From Dehalococcoidia bacterium UBA5620 (lineage in GTDB: Bacteria > Chloroflexota > Dehalococcoidia > GIF9 > UBA5629): DNA of 64,000 bases. The stretch is from NCBI GenBank assembly GCA_002423605.1, contig DIKK01000022.1:34882-98881 (forward strand). Reading direction: 5' to 3'. The position numbers and the translations under genes are program-made. Of this stretch, positions 36,510-47,880 are shown piece by piece. Positions within the stretch are counted from its first letter, which is position 1. Each line of letters begins with the position of its first letter. The notes under the pieces were generated by a model. It was not told the origin of the DNA, did not search any database, and saw nothing but the letters and a program-made list of their open reading frames with translations.

Positions 36510-37088
36510 CTATTTCAAGCGGTTCTCTGCTGCAGCCCAGTCAACATTATTGAAGAAAGCCTCGATGTAGTCAGCCCGCTTCAAGCCGTAATCGGTGATG
36601 AAGGCGTGCTCGAAGACGTCCAATATCAGGATAGGGATACAGCCGGCAGGATGCCCTACATCATGTTCATTTATCCATTGGTTTATTAACTTACCGCTGA
36701 CATTATCCTGATATTGGATAGTCCAGCCGATGCCGCGCATGGTCCCTGTACCCTTGAAGTCCTGAAGCCAGGCCTCGTAGCTGCCAAAGTCCTGAGCCAG
36801 CTTTCTGCCCAGTTTGCTTGCTGGGTCCAATGCCTTCTTACCGCCCAAATTTCCAAAATAAAGCTCGTGCAGGCGCATGCCGTTGAATTCCCAACCCAGA
36901 CGCCGCTTAAGCTCGGCATACTCCGGCGTGCCCACCTTGCCATCCTTAAGCATGGCTGCCAGCGTATCCATGACATTATTGGTGTTGGTTACATAGCCCT
37001 TATAGAGCGTGAAGTGATTGTTCAGTAAGGTATCGCTGAACCCCTGCATACCGATTAATTTGCTATAGTCCTTTGCCTCGTAAGCCAT
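36510..37088 (-). CDS. Fe/Mn superoxide dismutase
   Basis: Fe/Mn-SOD signature DVFEHAFITDY plus N-terminal His ligand region. Confidence 0.85.
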   Translation of the reverse strand: MAYEAKDYSKLIGMQGFSDTLLNNHFTLYKGYVTNTNNVMDTLAAMLKDGKVGTPEYAELKRRLGWEFNGMRLHELYFGNLGGKKALDPASKLGRKLAQDFGSYEAWLQDFKGTGTMRGIGWTIQYQDNVSGKLINQWINEHDVGHPAGCIPILILDVFEHAFITDYGLKRADYIEAFFNNVDWAAAENRLK

Positions 37089-37194
37089 TTTCTTTGCCTC
37101 CTATCTCATTCTATGTTTTGCCAAATATGTCTTCAGCGTTCAATTTCGCCAACAGGCGACAGTTTACTAATTGGCTTATGGTAACCGAAACCCC

Positions 37195-37428
37195 TCAATT
37201 TTTCTTCGAGGAAAAGCGGAAGGGCAGATAAAGAGGGCAGAAGCCGATGATGCTGGTGATGAGAAGGATGATCGCTATGATGCCCAGGACTATTGCGAAT
37301 ACACCATTTATTACGCCCGTAAAGCACAAGATACCGATAACAACGGCTACAATTGCTCGAATGATTCGGTCAAGCGTTCCCATGTTCTGTTTCATTTTAT
37401 TTCTCCTCTTTCGTTTTATTGATATCAT
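37195..37428 (-). CDS. DUF2892 (YgaP-like) small membrane protein
   Basis: MGTLDRIIRAIVAVVIGILCF...FCPLY. Confidence 0.6.
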   Translation of the reverse strand: MISIKRKRRNKMKQNMGTLDRIIRAIVAVVIGILCFTGVINGVFAIVLGIIAIILLITSIIGFCPLYLPFRFSSKKN

Positions 37429-37457
37429 TAGTTTGCCGTAGCAAACCAGTTAACCAC

Positions 37458-38297
37458 CTACTTCTCTACTTCCTTAAGTAAGTCGCTGAAGACATCCGCA
37501 TGATAAACCTCGTGGTCTCTTATCCGTGTAAGCAGCTTTTTCAGCCCGGCATCCGCAACTTCCCTGGCAGCGCGGTCATATTCGGCAGCCACCTCTTTCT
37601 CAATCTTGATATCTGCCTTGAGCATATCGCTCATCTTGACTGATTTATCAACTCCCATATGCTCCAGCCTGGGCGTTCCCTTGCCGCCCACCATCTCCTC
37701 AGCCAGCCAGCCCATGTGCTGCATCTCATTGACAGCCTGGTCCTGCATTTCCTTTTTCATTTCCTCATTCTTCGCTATATATGAGTGCAACAGATACTGC
37801 AACACCACGGTATATTCATGTTCAATGCCCCAGTTCAATATGTCCGTCTCTTTGCCTTTGTGGTCTCCTCTCAGGTCCTTAGCACCTTCCTTCACCGCCT
37901 TATCTACGAAATGGGCAAAGTCGCCATGGTGTGACTCCTCGTCCGATAGAATACGCTTCAGTAAACGTTTAATCGTATGGTCATCGATCATCTCAATATG
38001 CTTCTTATAGAGGGAGATGGCATCCTCTTCCAAAAGCACACCGTTCTTCATCCAGTCAGAAACAGTTTTCCCTTCCATACGCATTTTGCCTCGTTGCAAG
38101 CTGGGCATACCCCCTAACCCAACTACGGCTTCAGCCAGCCAGTCGAGATGGCGCATCTCTTCTCTGCTGATCGCTTCGATCTCGCAGGCCATCTCACCTT
38201 CGCCCATAGCATAAGCGTGGGTTAAATACTGGATGATGGCTCCATGTTCTCCCTCAAGGTCTTCATTCAGCATAACGACGATTTCTTCTTTTTTCAT
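37458..38297 (-). CDS. Tandem ferritin-like diiron-domain protein
   Basis: Two repeats, each with E..H diiron ligand motifs (EEMRHLDWLAE / NEMQHMGWLAE). Confidence 0.6.
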   Translation of the reverse strand: MKKEEIVVMLNEDLEGEHGAIIQYLTHAYAMGEGEMACEIEAISREEMRHLDWLAEAVVGLGGMPSLQRGKMRMEGKTVSDWMKNGVLLEEDAISLYKKHIEMIDDHTIKRLLKRILSDEESHHGDFAHFVDKAVKEGAKDLRGDHKGKETDILNWGIEHEYTVVLQYLLHSYIAKNEEMKKEMQDQAVNEMQHMGWLAEEMVGGKGTPRLEHMGVDKSVKMSDMLKADIKIEKEVAAEYDRAAREVADAGLKKLLTRIRDHEVYHADVFSDLLKEVEK

Positions 38298-38340
38298 TCA
38301 CCCCTCCTTGATTTTTTAAGCAATGAGTTCAGCTTACAGT

Positions 38341-38472
38341 AATCATCGCCTCACTTTTTCTCTCTGGACAGATACTTCTCGGGATTCTGGTCGAAAGCCT
38401 TCTTACAGCCAACAGCGCAGAAGAAGTACCGCTCTCCCTTGTAGTCTGATGTGGCTGGGGCTTTCCTCTCGT
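38341..38472 (-). CDS. YHS/TRASH-like mini-protein (43 aa), putative copper-binding partner of CopA
   Basis: MEVDERKAPATSDYKGERYFFCAVGCKKAFDQNPEKYLSREKK; YFFC..GC...F matches YHS. Below the ORF-track size cutoff. Lies 48 nt upstream of copA. Confidence 0.5.
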
Positions 38473-38520
38473 CGACTTCCATCTTGCATACTGGATCGAT
38501 CGCTATAGTGACACCTCCTC

Positions 38521-41019
38521 TTATTTACTCACTTTAGCCGGCTTGAACCGTCTCAAGCGCAACGAATTTGAAACTACTGTGATGGAGCTGGCTGCCATAG
38601 CCGCCGCCGCCATAATCGGGTTCAAAAAACCATAGTCACCAAAGATAAAGTGCAATCCCTCAGGAACACCAGTGCGCGAAAAAATAGGATATAGCACGCC
38701 CGCTGCCACCGGGATAAGGAGAACGTTGTAGGTAAAAGCCCAGAACAGGTTCTGCTTGATTATGCGCATGGTGCTCTTGCTCAGTGAGATGGCGGTCACA
38801 ATCCCCATCAAATCTCCTCGCATCAGCGTCACCTCTGCGGTCTCCATCGCAACGTCGGTGCCGGTGCCGATGGCAATGCCCACATCTGCCTGTGCCAGCG
38901 CCGGCGCGTCATTGATACCATCGCCTACCATCGCCACCACCTTACCCTGCTGCAGTTTCTTAACCTCACTTGCCTTATGCTCCGGCAGCACCTCGGCCAG
39001 GACCCGCTCGATGCCCGCTTCCCGTGCAATGGCCTCAGCCGTGCGCCTGTTATCACCAGTGATCATTGCCGTCTCTATGCCCATCTTATGTAAGGCCTGC
39101 ACCGCATCCCTGGCGTTGGGCTTAATAGTATCAGCCATGGCAATGATACCTGCCAACTCATTATCTAAGCTCAGGAACATTGCTGTCTTGCCTTCGGCAA
39201 AAAGCCTCTCGGCTCTCTCATCCAATGCTCCCAAGGAAATGCCTCTCTCCTGCATCAACCTGAGGTTGCCCAGCAGAAGCTTTTTGTCATCCACCACAGC
39301 TTCCACACCATGACCGGGAATAGCCTTGAAATCCGAAACTGGTGATACTTCCAGTTTCTTTTCCGCAGCCGCCCTGACTATAGCCTCACCCAGGGGATGC
39401 TCCGACACGCGCTCGGCAGACGCTGCTAGGCGTAGAACCTCGCCTTCAGACGATGCTGGAACAGCTACCACATCGGTAACCTCCGGCTTGCCGCCGGTCA
39501 GCGTTCCTGTTTTATCCAGCAACACCGTATTTATCTGGTGCGACCTCTCCAGAGATTCGCTGCTCCGGAAAAGGATGCCGTTCTCAGCGCCTTTGCCTGT
39601 GCCCACTATAATAGCCGTGGGGGTTGCCAATCCCAGAGCACAGGGGCAGGCGATAATAAGTACGGCTACAAAGTTCAGTAGGGACAAAGTAAGCGTTGGA
39701 GGCGGGCCAGCAAAATACCAGACACTGAAGGTAACTATAGCAATCCCAATCACCGTTGGCACAAAATAGCTGGCAATGACATCAGCCAGACGCTGGATAG
39801 GGGCCTTGCTGCCCTGCGCCTCATCTACCAGCCTGATGATACGTGCCAGCGTGGTATCTTTACCCACGCGTGTCGCCTCGAACTGAAAACTGCCTGTTTT
39901 GTTGATAGTGGCGCCGATAACCTCATCGTCCACCTTCTTATCCACCGGTATGCTCTCTCCTGTGATCATGGACTCGTCAACGCTGGAATAGCCCTGCTTG
40001 ACGGTGCCATCCACAGGTATGCGTTCTCCAGGGCGCACCACGATGATATCACCCACCTGGACGTCCTCCACTGGAATCTCTTTCTCCTGTCCCTGGCGTA
40101 TGACCACTGCGGTCTTGGGATTCAGGCCGATGAGCTTCTTTATCGCCTCCGATGTCTGCCCCTTAGCTCTGGTCTCCAAATAGCGCCCCAATAAAATAAG
40201 GGCGATAATCATGGCTGAGGTATCGAAATAAAGATGAGCTTCCATGCTGGCGGCAGTAAAAATGCCGGGGAACAGGACAGCCACCACACTATAGAAATAT
40301 GCTGCCGAAGTGCCTACGGCGATCAAGGTATTCATATCGGCAGTCTTGTGTTTGAGTGCCCCCCAAGCCCCTCTATAGAACCGCCAACCCGCCCAGAACT
40401 GTACCGGCGTGGCTAACGACCAGAGCAGATAAGGCATATATGGCTGTATCATTAAATAAGGCACAAAGCCCAATACCATGATCAACGAGCCAAGGGCGAT
40501 AGACACGATGAGTCGGTTTCTCACAATCCTGAGATCCCGCTGCGAAGCTGTGGTCACATCCTCCAATGTCTCCGCTTCCGCTCCCAGGTCGTAGCCGGCA
40601 TCTTTCACCGCCTTACGCAAGTCGGTTACCTTGGTATCCTCGGTATATTCCACGGTAGCCCTCTCGGAACCCAGGTTGACGCTGGCAGAAATAACCCCGG
40701 GCACACTGGATAAGGCCTCTTCGACGCGGGCAACGCAAGAGGCACAGGTCATGCCGCTAACCGGGAAGATTGACTTCTTGCTGGCTATCCCATAGCCTAG
40801 CTGCGATATGGTATCCTTGAGCTTGGCGAGTCCTACTTTGTTAGGGTCATATTCGACAGATGCTTCCTCCGAGGCAAAATTGATGTTCGCCCGCTCCACG
40901 CCAGGCGTCTCAGTCAGTCCCTTCTCGATAGTACCGGCGCAGGTAGTGCAGGTCATGCCAGTGATGTGAATCCGAGCCTTCTCAGGCTTCTTAGAACCCG
41001 TTTTCTCCAATGTATTCAA
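38521..41019 (-). CDS. copA: Copper-translocating P1B-type ATPase with two N-terminal HMA domains
   Basis: [12 protein letters not shown] and [12 protein letters not shown] (HMA), [18 protein letters not shown]. Confidence 0.9.
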   Translation of the reverse strand: MNTLEKTGSKKPEKARIHITGMTCTTCAGTIEKGLTETPGVERANINFASEEASVEYDPNKVGLAKLKDTISQLGYGIASKKSIFPVSGMTCASCVARVEEALSSVPGVISASVNLGSERATVEYTEDTKVTDLRKAVKDAGYDLGAEAETLEDVTTASQRDLRIVRNRLIVSIALGSLIMVLGFVPYLMIQPYMPYLLWSLATPVQFWAGWRFYRGAWGALKHKTADMNTLIAVGTSAAYFYSVVAVLFPGIFTAASMEAHLYFDTSAMIIALILLGRYLETRAKGQTSEAIKKLIGLNPKTAVVIRQGQEKEIPVEDVQVGDIIVVRPGERIPVDGTVKQGYSSVDESMITGESIPVDKKVDDEVIGATINKTGSFQFEATRVGKDTTLARIIRLVDEAQGSKAPIQRLADVIASYFVPTVIGIAIVTFSVWYFAGPPPTLTLSLLNFVAVLIIACPCALGLATPTAIIVGTGKGAENGILFRSSESLERSHQINTVLLDKTGTLTGGKPEVTDVVAVPASSEGEVLRLAASAERVSEHPLGEAIVRAAAEKKLEVSPVSDFKAIPGHGVEAVVDDKKLLLGNLRLMQERGISLGALDERAERLFAEGKTAMFLSLDNELAGIIAMADTIKPNARDAVQALHKMGIETAMITGDNRRTAEAIAREAGIERVLAEVLPEHKASEVKKLQQGKVVAMVGDGINDAPALAQADVGIAIGTGTDVAMETAEVTLMRGDLMGIVTAISLSKSTMRIIKQNLFWAFTYNVLLIPVAAGVLYPIFSRTGVPEGLHFIFGDYGFLNPIMAAAAMAASSITVVSNSLRLRRFKPAKVSK

Positions 41020-41030
41020 CTCCTCAAGCC

Positions 41031-41351
41031 TTACGCCTCAACTCTGATATCCCAACTATCTATTTTCTTGTCTACATCTTTTAGCGAAGAGATAAGCGCA
41101 GTTAAAGTATTGCATATAATATCGTTGGGGAAAGGTGTCAGAGGAACGTCTTCATCGTTAGCAGTAATCTTGACATTACCTCTCTCTTGATGGATTTCTA
41201 GGCTCTGTATCTTATCCACACCTCGCAGTGAGGAGACCATGCCAACTACTATCCTAGCCAAAAAGTCTTCCACGAAGGCGTTCACTTCTATGGTTATCTT
41301 GCCCACCCATAGTTTTGTCTTAAAACTGCCTGCCATATTATACCTCCTCAA
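41031..41351 (-). CDS. Hypothetical protein
   Basis: 106-aa ORF directly downstream of copA; no motif. Confidence 0.4.
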   Translation of the reverse strand: MRRYNMAGSFKTKLWVGKITIEVNAFVEDFLARIVVGMVSSLRGVDKIQSLEIHQERGNVKITANDEDVPLTPFPNDIICNTLTALISSLKDVDKKIDSWDIRVEA

Positions 41352-41571
41352 CCAAAATCAGGGCTTGACACTTTCTTTGGCGTATTTCATATTTTCCCCA
41401 CCGCTAGCCTGGTCATAAGACAGGCAGGTTCGCTGGTAGGGTTATAGAATTAATCTCCTAGTCGTTTAGCATATTTCTTAATGTTATCTACTATCCTCTG
41501 CACATAGCTACTCTTTATAGCTATTAAAATACACATCCAACCTACTCCCTTGCCGATAATATAAAACGCTG

Positions 41572-42792
41572 CTAGGCGAACTTATTCTCCTTATGTTTGG
41601 CCGCAATGGTATCTGCCAGGTTGTCCAGAGCCTCGAAATCGGTCTCCCTGGGGAACCCTTTAGCCATCACAGGGGTCAGAACCTCCACCTTCAGATTAGG
41701 TATCAGCCCAGCAATGACCTCCACTGTTTTGCCACCCCAGCCGTATGAGCCGATAATAGACGCGAACTTCAAGTTAGGCCTGAGGGCATTAGCTATGAAG
41801 ACGGCATAGACCACGTTGGGATGCGGACCAGCGAACACCGTAGGCGTTCCGATAACGATTGTGGCCGCATCCACCAGTGCCATTGCCAGCTTGCCCAGGT
41901 CGGTCACCGTCAGGTCGAACTGCTTCACCGTTACGCCTCGCTGTGCCAGGGCTTCAACGAAGTACTTCACCATCTCGCGTGTGCTATCATGCATAGAGAT
42001 ATAGGGCAACACCACGATGTTCTTGGGATCATCGAATACCCAGCTATGGTAGGCATTGATAATAAATTCTGGCTTCTTATGCATAGGACCATGGCTTGGT
42101 GCGATGATGTCGATAGCGTAGTCCTTCAGCCTTTCCAGGTTCTTTTGGATGTTGGTGCGAAAGGGCATCATTATCTCGGCAAAATACCTCTTAGCCGCCT
42201 CGTATACCTGTCCCTCATCCGTAACATATAAGTCGGTGGTTGCCAGATGCGAGCCGAAGAAGTCGCAGGAGAATAAAATCTTGTCCTCCTTTAAGTAAGT
42301 AACTATCGTCTCCGGCCAATGCACCCACGGGGTGTAGATAAACTCCAGAGTTTTGTCTCCCAGAGATATAGTGCCCTTGTCCTCGATGGTTATAAACTGT
42401 TCCTCCGGAACCTGAAGCAGATCGATAAGCGTTCCTTTGCATTTAGGTGAGCATACCACCTTGGCATTGGGGTACAGGTCAAGGACGCAAGTGATAGAAC
42501 CAGAATGGTCCTGCTCGGCATGATGAGACACCACATAATCTATCTTCTTCACGCCTAGCTGCATAAGGTGCTCCACCAGCACGTCCTCCTTGGTGGGGTC
42601 TACTGTATCGATCAGAGCAGTCTTATCTTTTCCCTTGATAAGATAAGAGTTATAGCTGGTGCCATCGGGAAGCGGTATCAGAGAGTCGAATAATCGCCTG
42701 TCCCAGTCAGCAGCACCTACAAAGTAGATATTTGGCTTCATCTCCACCGGTTTCATTATGTTCTCCTCCTCTGTTATTTCAGTTCTTTTCAC
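41572..42792 (-). CDS. Flavodiiron protein (FprA-type: MBL-like diiron domain plus flavodoxin domain)
   Basis: HHAEQDHSGS diiron motif region; C-terminal flavodoxin-like domain. Confidence 0.8.
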   Translation of the reverse strand: MKRTEITEEENIMKPVEMKPNIYFVGAADWDRRLFDSLIPLPDGTSYNSYLIKGKDKTALIDTVDPTKEDVLVEHLMQLGVKKIDYVVSHHAEQDHSGSITCVLDLYPNAKVVCSPKCKGTLIDLLQVPEEQFITIEDKGTISLGDKTLEFIYTPWVHWPETIVTYLKEDKILFSCDFFGSHLATTDLYVTDEGQVYEAAKRYFAEIMMPFRTNIQKNLERLKDYAIDIIAPSHGPMHKKPEFIINAYHSWVFDDPKNIVVLPYISMHDSTREMVKYFVEALAQRGVTVKQFDLTVTDLGKLAMALVDAATIVIGTPTVFAGPHPNVVYAVFIANALRPNLKFASIIGSYGWGGKTVEVIAGLIPNLKVEVLTPVMAKGFPRETDFEALDNLADTIAAKHKENKFA

Positions 42793-42878
42793 ATCTGTGA
42801 TGCCCCGAGTAGCTTTCAGACATCCCAGAGGCCTGCTTTCCTACCTTTCACAGGTTTACTCTCTCCTTAATGCTTCCT

Positions 42879-43568
42879 TTAGCCCGCCATTTTCTCGAAC
42901 TTGTCTTTGCTGGCACCGCACACAGGGCATGTCCAGTTATCCGGTATGTCTTCAAAGGCTGTGCCTGGCTTTATGCCACTATCTGGGTCACCCAGTTCGG
43001 GGTCATAGATATAATTACAAACAGAACATTGATATTTTGCCATCTTAGGCTTTTCCTCCTTTTTTATATCAACATAGCTCGGGGCCGTCTTAGGAGTGGT
43101 ACCTCTTTTGACAATTTGGTAATAAGCATAGGTCATTGGCTCGCCTTCCTTCACCACATCTGCTCCCATAATCTCGCCCACGAAGATGGTGTGCGTCACG
43201 ATGTCTAGATGGTCTATCACTTTAGCCTCAAGATAGGCTAGGGTATTGTCCAGCACCAGCGGCACATTGGTTTCGCCCAGCTTGTAGTCGATATCTTTAA
43301 ATTTATCCACGTCCCTGCCCGACCTGAAGCCGAAACTACCGATAAAATTCAGCGGTGTGCCCTGAGAAAGGATGGAAACGGTGAAAACCTTGCTCTTGGA
43401 AATAAACGTATGGGTCAAATTGCTCCTGTTGATAGCCACCGCAATAATAGGTGGCTCAGAGCAAACCTGGAAAACCGTGTTGGCAATCTGGCCATTGAAC
43501 TTGCCATCATTCCTGGAACAGACAACATAGAGACCGTAACCTAGCTGATAAAGAGCCTTAAGATTCAT
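42879..43568 (-). CDS. Flavin-reductase-domain/rubredoxin fusion (high-molecular-weight rubredoxin-like)
   Basis: Flavin_Reduct N-domain; C-terminal rubredoxin CSVCNYIYD...CPVCG. Confidence 0.75.
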   Translation of the reverse strand: MNLKALYQLGYGLYVVCSRNDGKFNGQIANTVFQVCSEPPIIAVAINRSNLTHTFISKSKVFTVSILSQGTPLNFIGSFGFRSGRDVDKFKDIDYKLGETNVPLVLDNTLAYLEAKVIDHLDIVTHTIFVGEIMGADVVKEGEPMTYAYYQIVKRGTTPKTAPSYVDIKKEEKPKMAKYQCSVCNYIYDPELGDPDSGIKPGTAFEDIPDNWTCPVCGASKDKFEKMAG

Positions 43569-43570
43569 TA

Positions 43571-44101
43571 TTAACCTCCATCCAGCGAATGGTGTTCGGT
43601 TTTGCGAAACCAGCCTGCAGGGTCGATGAGATATTCCCTATAATCCACCAGGGCCAGGTAGTGCCCCATCTCCTCCATGGCTAAAGCCTTATAGAAATTA
43701 CTCTCGGCTTCATATGTGGCCTCCTCATTTTGGCTCTTATAAAAGTCCCGTGTCTTATTCTCCATCTCCATAGCCTTGGCTATGGCATTCAGCTCAGCCT
43801 GTTGCGCTTCCCCTTTAGGAACAGCCTTATTTTTAGCCTTGGAGAATAAAGTGCTCAACTTTATCCCCTTGCCGGGCTGCATATCCATTTCAGGCCAGGC
43901 TTTATTGGCCTCGATAGCCTTATATATTTGTTCAAATTTCCGCCGGTGTTTATCCTCTTCTCCAGCTAACCATTGGAAAAGCTCCTTGCCCGTCTTACCG
44001 CTGCTTTCACGGCTTGCCTGCTGGTAATATTCCTTGCCGTCAATCTCCATCTGGATGGAAAATCGAAGCGCCTCTATGGTTTTATCTTGTTCGTCTTTCA
44101 T
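43571..44101 (-). CDS. Rubrerythrin-family ferritin-like protein (no rubredoxin tail)
   Basis: Paired E..H-type helices (EIDGKEYY ... EEMGHYLAL). Confidence 0.5.
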   Translation of the reverse strand: MKDEQDKTIEALRFSIQMEIDGKEYYQQASRESSGKTGKELFQWLAGEEDKHRRKFEQIYKAIEANKAWPEMDMQPGKGIKLSTLFSKAKNKAVPKGEAQQAELNAIAKAMEMENKTRDFYKSQNEEATYEAESNFYKALAMEEMGHYLALVDYREYLIDPAGWFRKTEHHSLDGG

Positions 44102-44125
44102 TAATCGGCCTCCTTTTCCGTAAAC

Positions 44126-44407
44126 CTATCCTGTTTTTCTCACAAAGACATGGTAGATGCCTTCTCTTTCCGCGATGTCCAGGAACTCATTGCCCGTAGT
44201 TTTGCACCAGCTAGGCATATCTTGCTTGATGCCTGCATCATCAGCTAGTAACTCCAGCACCTGCCCGACCTTCATCTCCTTCATCTTTTTAGCCACATTA
44301 ACAATTGGCATAGGGCAATATAATCCAACACAGTCAAGCGTTTCTTCCGGTTTAATCTTCTCCTGTTCAGCCATTCCACGCCTCATTGCTTCAGCGGTGC
44401 ACCGCAC
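44126..44407 (-). CDS. TusA-like sulfurtransferase
   Basis: CVGLYCPMP motif. Confidence 0.75.
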   Translation of the reverse strand: MRCTAEAMRRGMAEQEKIKPEETLDCVGLYCPMPIVNVAKKMKEMKVGQVLELLADDAGIKQDMPSWCKTTGNEFLDIAEREGIYHVFVRKTG

Positions 44408-44580
44408 TCAGGACATGTGGTGGCTTTCTTGTCCAGCAGCACCACCTTACAGGCAGCACAGCGATAAAAGGTTACCTCGCAAAGCTGGCAAAAAGGGGAT
44501 TCGGCAACAATCAATTTCTCTTCACAGTAAGGGCAGAAACATCCTTCTTTCTTAGCAGACATTTTCTTCTTTTCCTTCAT
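44383..44580 (-). CDS. Small Cys-rich zinc-ribbon protein
   Basis: Four CxxC pairs in 65 aa. Confidence 0.45.
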   Translation of the reverse strand: MKEKKKMSAKKEGCFCPYCEEKLIVAESPFCQLCEVTFYRCAACKVVLLDKKATTCPECGAPLKQ

Positions 44581-44989
44581 CTTCCTCTCCTTTCTCTTCT
44601 AGACCTTGAATTTTGATACCTTTTTTGGTGGCGTAGTCGCGTATCGCCTTATGCAAAGCCTGAGCCCCAAGGTTGGAGCAGTGAAATTTCTGCTTAGGCA
44701 GGCCCTCTAGCTCCGTGGCTACCGAAGCCGGCGTTATAGTTAAAGCTTCTTCCAAGGTCTTGCCCTTTGCCATCTCGCTGACCATGCTAGAGACTGCAAT
44801 AGCAGCACCACAGCCGAACGTTTGGTATTTAACGTCCTCAAGGTGGTTATCTTTCACCTTGATATAGAATGTCATCATATCGCCGCAGACAGGATTGCCC
44901 ACCTCACCAATTCCATCGGCATCCTTAATCTCGCCAACGTTTCGCGGCTTCATAAAATGGTCCATCACCTTTTCGCTATATATCGGCAT
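44552..44989 (-). CDS. iscU: Fe-S cluster scaffold IscU/NifU-like
   Basis: GNPVCGDMM...FGCGAAIA...HCS. Confidence 0.85.
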   Translation of the reverse strand: MPIYSEKVMDHFMKPRNVGEIKDADGIGEVGNPVCGDMMTFYIKVKDNHLEDVKYQTFGCGAAIAVSSMVSEMAKGKTLEEALTITPASVATELEGLPKQKFHCSNLGAQALHKAIRDYATKKGIKIQGLEEKGEEDEGKEENVC

Positions 44990-44992
44990 AAC

Positions 44993-46183
44993 TTAACCCC
45001 CTCTTTGTTTCATAAATTTGGCGTATAACGGAGACATTTGCCTCAGCCTATCCACGATATGCGGCAATTTCTCCAAAACATAATTTATATCATCTTCACT
45101 GGTATCTAAGCCCAGACCAAAAAGCAAAGAGCCCTGGGCAATCTCGTGCGATATGCCCATGGCGATAAGAACGTGTGAGGCTTTAAGCGCCCTTGAGGTG
45201 CAAGCCGAGCCGCTGGAGACTGCGATGCCCTGGCTGTTGAGCAGCATAAGCATAGCCTCGCCCTCAATGAACTCGATGCAAAAGCTGGCATGGTGTGGCA
45301 GTCGCTTGGTAGGATGCCCAGTGAGGGTAGCATGGTCTATATTAGTCAAAACGCCATTTACCAGTCGGTCTCTGATGCGAGAAAGCTTCTGAGATCGGGA
45401 ATCCATGTCCCGTTTAGCTAGCTCGGCAGCCTTGCCTATGCCAACTATAGCCGGCACGTCCTCGGTGCCCGGTCTCCTGCCACCTTCTTGGATGCCTCCA
45501 TCCATCAATGGTATGAGCCTCAGTCCCGTACGTATCCATAAAGCACCAGAACCTGTAGGGCCATAAAACTGGTTGCCTGCCAGGCTCAGTGCGTCTACCC
45601 CTAGCCCCTTCACGTCTATAGGTACATGGCCGGCGCTGGCCACAGCATCGGTGTGGAAAACTATCCCGGCTTCTTTTACTTTTTTAGCTATTTCAGCCAG
45701 AGGTTGAATTGTACCTACTTCACCATTGGTGTGCATGACGGACACCAATATCGTGTCCTTTCTGATCTGTCTGGCTACCTCAACTGGGTCAACCAGGCCA
45801 TAGTTATCCACTGGCAATAAAGTCAGTTCAAAGCCGGCTTTCTCCAGAGTCCTTGCAGTATTGAGCACAGAAAAGTGCTCAATAGCAGAAACGATTATAT
45901 GCTTGCCTTTACTGGACTGCGCTTGTGCCAGTCCCTTGAGCGCTAGGTTATTAGATTCACTGCCGCTGGAGGTGAAGATTATCTCATCAGGGCTACCTCC
46001 AATAAGATTGGCGACCTGCTCTCTGGCACCTTCTATAGCCTCTCTGGTTTGGTCACCCCATGCATGTATTGACTGTGGGTTACCGTATATTTCCCGGAGG
46101 TAGGGCAACATTGCATCCACAACCTCAGGCAATAGCGGAGCAGCAGCAGTGTAATCTAAATATACCTTTCGCTCAGCTTCCAT
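44993..46183 (-). CDS. iscS: Cysteine desulfurase (class V aminotransferase, NifS/IscS)
   Basis: [12 protein letters not shown] ... PLP-Lys region; catalytic-Cys loop SSGSACTS. Confidence 0.9.
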   Translation of the reverse strand: MEAERKVYLDYTAAAPLLPEVVDAMLPYLREIYGNPQSIHAWGDQTREAIEGAREQVANLIGGSPDEIIFTSSGSESNNLALKGLAQAQSSKGKHIIVSAIEHFSVLNTARTLEKAGFELTLLPVDNYGLVDPVEVARQIRKDTILVSVMHTNGEVGTIQPLAEIAKKVKEAGIVFHTDAVASAGHVPIDVKGLGVDALSLAGNQFYGPTGSGALWIRTGLRLIPLMDGGIQEGGRRPGTEDVPAIVGIGKAAELAKRDMDSRSQKLSRIRDRLVNGVLTNIDHATLTGHPTKRLPHHASFCIEFIEGEAMLMLLNSQGIAVSSGSACTSRALKASHVLIAMGISHEIAQGSLLFGLGLDTSEDDINYVLEKLPHIVDRLRQMSPLYAKFMKQRGG

Positions 46184-46262
46184 TTCTCACCTCACTTAGC
46201 AATTTAGACCAAAACGAAGCATCAGTCTGTGACTTTTGTCGCATAGAAATTATGCAGAATCT

Positions 46263-47174
46263 TTACCTTAGCCTTTGTAGGTAGTGATTTGCCCTGAGAG
46301 CGGCTTTAGCGCCCTCGCCAGCTGCTACTACTATCTGCTTCTCAGGAACGGTGGTTACATCGCCTGCGGCGAACAGTCCCGGCACATTTGTCTCATTGTC
46401 GCAATTCACTACAATCTCACTATACTGATTCCGAGCAACAACACCTTCAGCCAGAGTTGAGTTAGGTATAAGCCCTATCTCTACAAAGACGCCGCTGACC
46501 TGCAACGTCCTCTCCGCCTTGTCATTCAAGCCCTTTATTTTTATCCCGTCAACAAACTTGTCGCCAGTTATCTCCATCACCTCGTGCTCCAGAAGCATGG
46601 TCAGGTTACTGGCCGCCTTCACTTTGTCTATCAAAATGGAGTCGCCGGTGATAGGAGTCAGCGACACCAGATAAACGTGCTCAGCGATCTTGAGCATGTC
46701 ATCAACTGCTTCTAATGCCGAGTTGCCGCCACCGATGACCGCTACCTTCATATCGGAAAACAAGGGACCATCGCAGCTAGCACAATAGGCAACTCCCCTT
46801 CCCTTGAGCCTTTCCTCCCCTGGTACGTTCAACTGCCGGGGGCGTTTGCCTGAGGCAATTATCACTGCCTTCGACTGATATGCTTCGCCTTTATCCGTCC
46901 TGACTTCAAATATACCATCCTTCTGAGATAAACTGGGAACACTTTCTCCCAGTTTTATATCCAGTGGAAACTGCTTTACCTGTTCTTCAAACTTGCGTAT
47001 CAGCTCAGCCCCCTCAATAAACTGGTAGCCCATGTAGTTCTCTATGCCCATCGTCCAGTTCACCTGACCGCCTATGTCTTTGCTGATGAGCAAGGCCTTC
47101 AGCTTCTTCCGCGCGGCATATACCGCTGCGGTCATGCCTGCGGGGCCGCCTCCGATAATGATTAACTCATACAT
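46263..47174 (-). CDS. trxB: Thioredoxin-disulfide reductase
   Basis: GGGPAGMTAA FAD motif; redox-active CASCDG. Confidence 0.9.
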   Translation of the reverse strand: MYELIIIGGGPAGMTAAVYAARKKLKALLISKDIGGQVNWTMGIENYMGYQFIEGAELIRKFEEQVKQFPLDIKLGESVPSLSQKDGIFEVRTDKGEAYQSKAVIIASGKRPRQLNVPGEERLKGRGVAYCASCDGPLFSDMKVAVIGGGNSALEAVDDMLKIAEHVYLVSLTPITGDSILIDKVKAASNLTMLLEHEVMEITGDKFVDGIKIKGLNDKAERTLQVSGVFVEIGLIPNSTLAEGVVARNQYSEIVVNCDNETNVPGLFAAGDVTTVPEKQIVVAAGEGAKAALRANHYLQRLR

Positions 47175-47190
47175 CTTCGCTAGCTTTCCC

Positions 47191-47466
47191 TCACAAACTC
47201 AGCTTTTCTCTAAGCCACTTTTCATCGAAGCCGACCGATATATCACTATCAACTTCAATTACCGGTACACCGATTTGTCCTGTCTTGGCTATCATCTCAT
47301 CGCGGGCGGCCTTATCAGCAGCCACATCAATATTTTGATAGTAAATTTTGTTGTCATCGAGGAATTGCTTTGTCCTTTTGCACCAGGGACAGGTTGTCGT
47401 GGAGTAGACCTTAACTTGATGTGCCATTATGTTCTCCTCAGCTTCCGTGATTAGGGGATAGGACAA
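47191..47466 (-). CDS. Glutaredoxin-like protein (YruB/NrdH-like)
   Basis: VKVYSTTTCPWCKRTKQFL. Confidence 0.7.
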   Translation of the reverse strand: MSYPLITEAEENIMAHQVKVYSTTTCPWCKRTKQFLDDNKIYYQNIDVAADKAARDEMIAKTGQIGVPVIEVDSDISVGFDEKWLREKLSL

Positions 47467-47683
47467 ATAAAGCTTGTCCCATCCTTATAATCCCTTAAAC
47501 TTAAATAAAAAATGCCAACTCCTATGTTGGCAGCATAACACGAGCACCTACTTCACAAAATAACTTTTGTCACAAATTACGGGCGCATTTACCATCACGA
47601 ATCTACATCCGAAAAGCATCACCTGTATGTAATCACTATAGACATTAGCAAATTTATTGTCAATAGGTCGAAACTCGTCTTGT

Positions 47684-47857
47684 CTAGGTAGGGTATTTCC
47701 GCAACTTATCTATGCCGCAGCGGGTATTTTGAGTGGCTTTAACCCTTGCCCTTATTTCAGCCAATAGCTCCCATGCCCCTTTCTCATCGCGGTCTATCAT
47801 AATCTGCTCCAGCCTGGTTATTTGCTGCTCATCCAGCGTTATCACAGCCTTGGGCAT
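47684..47857 (-). CDS. Small hypothetical protein (57 aa)
   Basis: ORF MPKAVITLDEQQITRLEQIM...; below the track cutoff; weak support. Confidence 0.25.
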   Translation of the reverse strand: MPKAVITLDEQQITRLEQIMIDRDEKGAWELLAEIRARVKATQNTRCGIDKLRKYPT

Positions 47858-47880
47858 AAATCACCTCCATGTTTCATTGT

